Source of the DNA: Octopus sinensis | Lineage: Eukaryota | DNA length: 64,000 nt | Direction: 5' to 3' | NCBI RefSeq assembly: GCF_006345805.1 | Contig: NC_043004.1 | Coordinates: 76,942,001-77,006,000, forward strand | In this document: one piece after another, positions 60,401 through 64,000 of the stretch | Layout of the letters: each line of letters opens with the position of its first letter | How positions within the stretch are numbered: the stretch's first letter is position 1 | The notes under the pieces: generated by a model | Told to the model about the DNA's origin: nothing | The model's input: only the letters and a program-made list of their open reading frames with translations | Database searches by the model: none | Made by a program: the position numbers and the translations under genes

Positions 60401-60707
60401 CTGAGGCTATAGCAGAAGACACATGCCAAGTTACCACACGGTGGGACTGAAGTGAGGACTAAGTGTTTTGGAACCAAGTTTGTTACCACACAGCCACACC
60501 GGCACCTGTGTGTGTGTGTGTGGGTGGGTGTATCGGTATGTGTGTATGGGTGTATATATGTATGCCTGTATATATGTATATATATGTATATATATATGTG
60601 TACATATTACATGTACATCTATATATACATCTTGACATACATGTTTTCATATACATGTATATCTATAGAAATACATCTATACTTATACTGCTATATATAT
60701 ACATCTG

Positions 60708-60740
<33 letters not shown>

Positions 60741-60762
60741 TTTTATATATATATACATGTAT

Positions 60763-60826
<64 letters not shown>

Positions 60827-61852
60827 CTGGTCGCCATGATAGATCGTTAGCCACTACACACATTATCTATATATATATCTATATATATCTGTATATCTAT
60901 ATGGAAATTCATTTTTAGACTTTCTTCTATCGAAGGCATTCTAACAAAAAATGCTTTCGTATAAACGGTGAAAATATTGTCAATTTCCCCAATCAGGGAC
61001 ACAATTAAATTTTTAAACAATAACCAAAGCTCCTTCTCCCAAGGGGGGGGGTTACAGTTTACTATTATTTAACAAATGCAACACAACAACGTTTCTCTTA
61101 CGAGGTACCAACAAACGTGACAACAATAGTTAAACAGTAATAATAATAACAAACCTTACGGTGAATTAAAAAGCAGTACGCAATTGAAGCTATAGTCCTT
61201 TATGTATAAGAAATAAACCAACAGCAGTACTCAGTAGAAGGAGCTGTTTGAGAAAACAGACATTACATACAGCCAAACTTCATATAGATACTTAATGCTA
61301 GCTAATTAGCAGATAATCTAATGTAAAAGCCGTGGTAAACGGTATGTGCACAGCTCCATCTGGACTATTCCATTTCTGCACACTAATTTTATTTTTAATT
61401 TATTCCCATTCATGTGAAACTACTTATTCAAGTTCATGTCATTGATGCAATTTTATACCAATTGCTATTTTTACTTTTGTTATGTTACGATTATATTATA
61501 CTTTTGATTTTAATTATTACTTACTACATATAATTCAATTATTATTATCTCTAATTTTTATTGTTGAAGTGAAAGTATCTGACATAAAATAGAGAAATGT
61601 TTTTGTTTCAACTTTAACACGTAATACTGAAATAGTGGAGAAGATATTTCTATGGGCTCGCCCTAGGCAAGAAGTTGAACAATTTTTTTGCCCATGAATC
61701 TACATGGACCCTAAGTAAGGCATGTGTAAAATTTGAATGAAATTGGTTGTGTAGTTCTCAAGTTTCATGGAAACACACAGACAAACAGACAGACACACGT
61801 TCTCAGTTTTATATACACTGGGATACATATATATATATATATATATACATAC

Positions 61853-61940
<88 letters not shown>

Positions 61941-62271
61941 TTCACATTCTCTGTTTTGCCTGTGTAGTACTGATCAAAGACTTGCTTAATACAGGTGGGC
62001 TACTTTTCAAATAGGACCATCTTGATCAAATTCCTTTCTTATGACAATCAGTTTATTGCGATTCTGATGAATATATTGAAAAGTGATTGTTCTCTATTCT
62101 TTCAGTTGATCCCCACTGCTCGTTGCTTGGGATGACATTTTGCACACTCCATCTGCCACCTTGGAGATTACAACTATCATGTAATCCCAGAGACCCCAGA
62201 AACAACTGTCGGACCTGAGATAATTCTCCATTTAGTTTTCTGTACTTTTTGTATTCCAAATTTTTCAACTT

Positions 62272-62360
<89 letters not shown>

Positions 62361-62494
62361 TTTATAGAAGGAGCTTCTACAGGACTAGAACTGTTTCATT
62401 CAGATGAAAGCTCCTTCTATAAAATAAATTACTTTACTCTGCTATGTATTGAGTACCTTATTTACTGTGGTTAACCCCGACTCAACCCGGGACC

Positions 62495-62542
<48 letters not shown>

Positions 62543-62580
62543 TAGATAGATAGATCTATATACATATATACGTACATACA

Positions 62581-63365
62581 TGTCATCACGGAATTATCTA
62601 CTGATGAGATATAATGTTGTAGCTAGGATGCTGTATAATGAGATCCATTGGAAGGCTAATCCCGAGGCCAAAGAAATAAGAACGTACAATATGATAGAAG
62701 CCATAGCCACTCATAATAAAAAGGAGTGCTGGTGAAATGTCTCAATGAAAACTTCAATTAGATGTAAACATAATAGACCTGACATAGTAATTTGGGATTG
62801 AGAAGAAAAACTGTGCGGTTGTCGAAATCAGCTGCGCAGCGGATGTAAACATAAAGCTAAAGTTCAGCGAAAAAGAAAATACTTACGCTGAACTATTGAG
62901 AAATCTACGGCTACTCTATCCAGATTACAAGTACAGGTTCATACCTGTAATTATTGGAGCACTGAAATATGTAACACGCTGCCTAAATACCAATGTTGAG
63001 AAATTAGGTTTCTCAAACCAGAATGGAGAAAGCTGATACGAAGACTACAGATCCATTCCATCACTGGAACATTAAAAATCTGCAAAACTTTCCAGAAGTT
63101 TATCATTTAAGTATATATGAGCATGTCTAGATATACAGCTATATGCATGAGAATAACCTTCATAAAACAAAACATACAAATCTGCACATATACATACATG
63201 CATGCATGCATGCATACATACATACATACATACATACATACATACAAAAATACCCTGTTGGTGTTCTTGAAATTCCAATGAAGGAGCCCTAGATCTAGGT
63301 TAGTAACCGGCTCTTTCACTATTGGCAAGAAATCTTGAACTAATACTGAATAATGACATAAATCC
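62581..63365 (+). mobile_element. R4/Dong-like LINE, 5'-truncated (RLE domain, 3' UTR)
   Basis: MSSRNYLLMRYNVVARMLYNEI...KHNRPDIVIWD...VEISCAAD...LLYPDYKYRFIPVIIGAL; CATA repeats at both junctions. Confidence 0.85.
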
Positions 63366-63410
63366 ATACATACATACATACATACATATTCTTTCTTCGA
63401 TTCTTTCCTT

Positions 63411-64000
63411 TTATGATTTCAGGCAGAGGTTGTGGTCATGTATTAGCGTTAAATGCAAGTTTAGTTTTGGCTCATTTTCTAGTCCTGTCTCTGGAATAGG
63501 TCCCAATAAAGCAGTAAGTGGTACAAAGTTTCTCTTCTTTACGTTTCTTGCTGCCTCAGATAAAAAATTGTCTAAACGTTCTTTGAGAACATCTACACTT
63601 TGTATATCTCTGAGGCCTTTTGACAAGGTATTGAAAAGTTGAGGGATATTGAATCCTAAGCTGGAACCGTACAGGGGCCTTACTCTAGACGAAGATGGTG
63701 AGATTTTTAGTACTGTACAACGGCGTCCTGTTCGGTGATTGGTATACCTCTCAATCGCAAAATTTGGAGCTAGATTTTCCAGAATCTTCCATGTATATAT
63801 CACTATATATCTTTCACGTCTTCTCTCTAAGTAAAGTCTTAATTCTTTCAGCCTCCCCCACTAGCTCTTCTTGAATTGCCTCGAGTTTTGCTGTTAGTTT
63901 GACGCTTGGTAGCAACCATAATTGGGTGTAGTAATCCAGGCGAACGAGAACGAATGTTCTCCACTGGAGCAGCAGGGTTTTCATTTAATAATCTGAATAA
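63411..64000 (-). pseudogene. CR1-like LINE RT C-terminal fragment
   Basis: WRTFVLVRLDY..QLW...LEAIQ; YTWKILENLAPN...QLFNTL..GLR...KERLDNFL. Confidence 0.75.

Noticed and set aside
62053-62268. 71-aa ORF between microsatellites
   Set aside because: No motif recognised.

Overview
This is eukaryotic, AT-rich, repeat-saturated DNA with no host protein-coding gene that I can support. The SINE, LINE and microsatellite repertoire looks like an Octopus/cephalopod genome, which is an inference from family resemblance. The largest element is a very young Ty3/gypsy LTR retrotransposon of CsRn1 type (17837-22246, minus strand). It has a CTAT TSD, a tRNA-Trp PBS, a -1 frameshift signal and a gag largely replaced by templated patches. 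Other retroelements are an RTE LINE with a PHD-like finger inside its RT plus many copies of its 3' UTR, three R4/Dong-like RLE LINE fragments abutting (CATA)n arrays, a Tx1/L1 fragment in a three-layer nest, CR1 and Penelope-like (PLE) remnants, and four tRNA-derived SINE families. DNA elements are a pogo transposase pseudogene and mariner, piggyBac, Merlin-like and Helitron non-autonomous copies. A ~3 kb (TATG)n array lies at 43.9-46.8 kb. The most interesting signals are three well-formed and one degenerate type I hammerhead ribozyme motifs in PLE-like context, a tRNA-Met 5' half captured inside a SINE, apparent microsatellite-targeting LINEs, a SINE/Tx1 shared 3' tail, and several template-switch scars. 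All calls were made by eye from the sequence; no searches were run.
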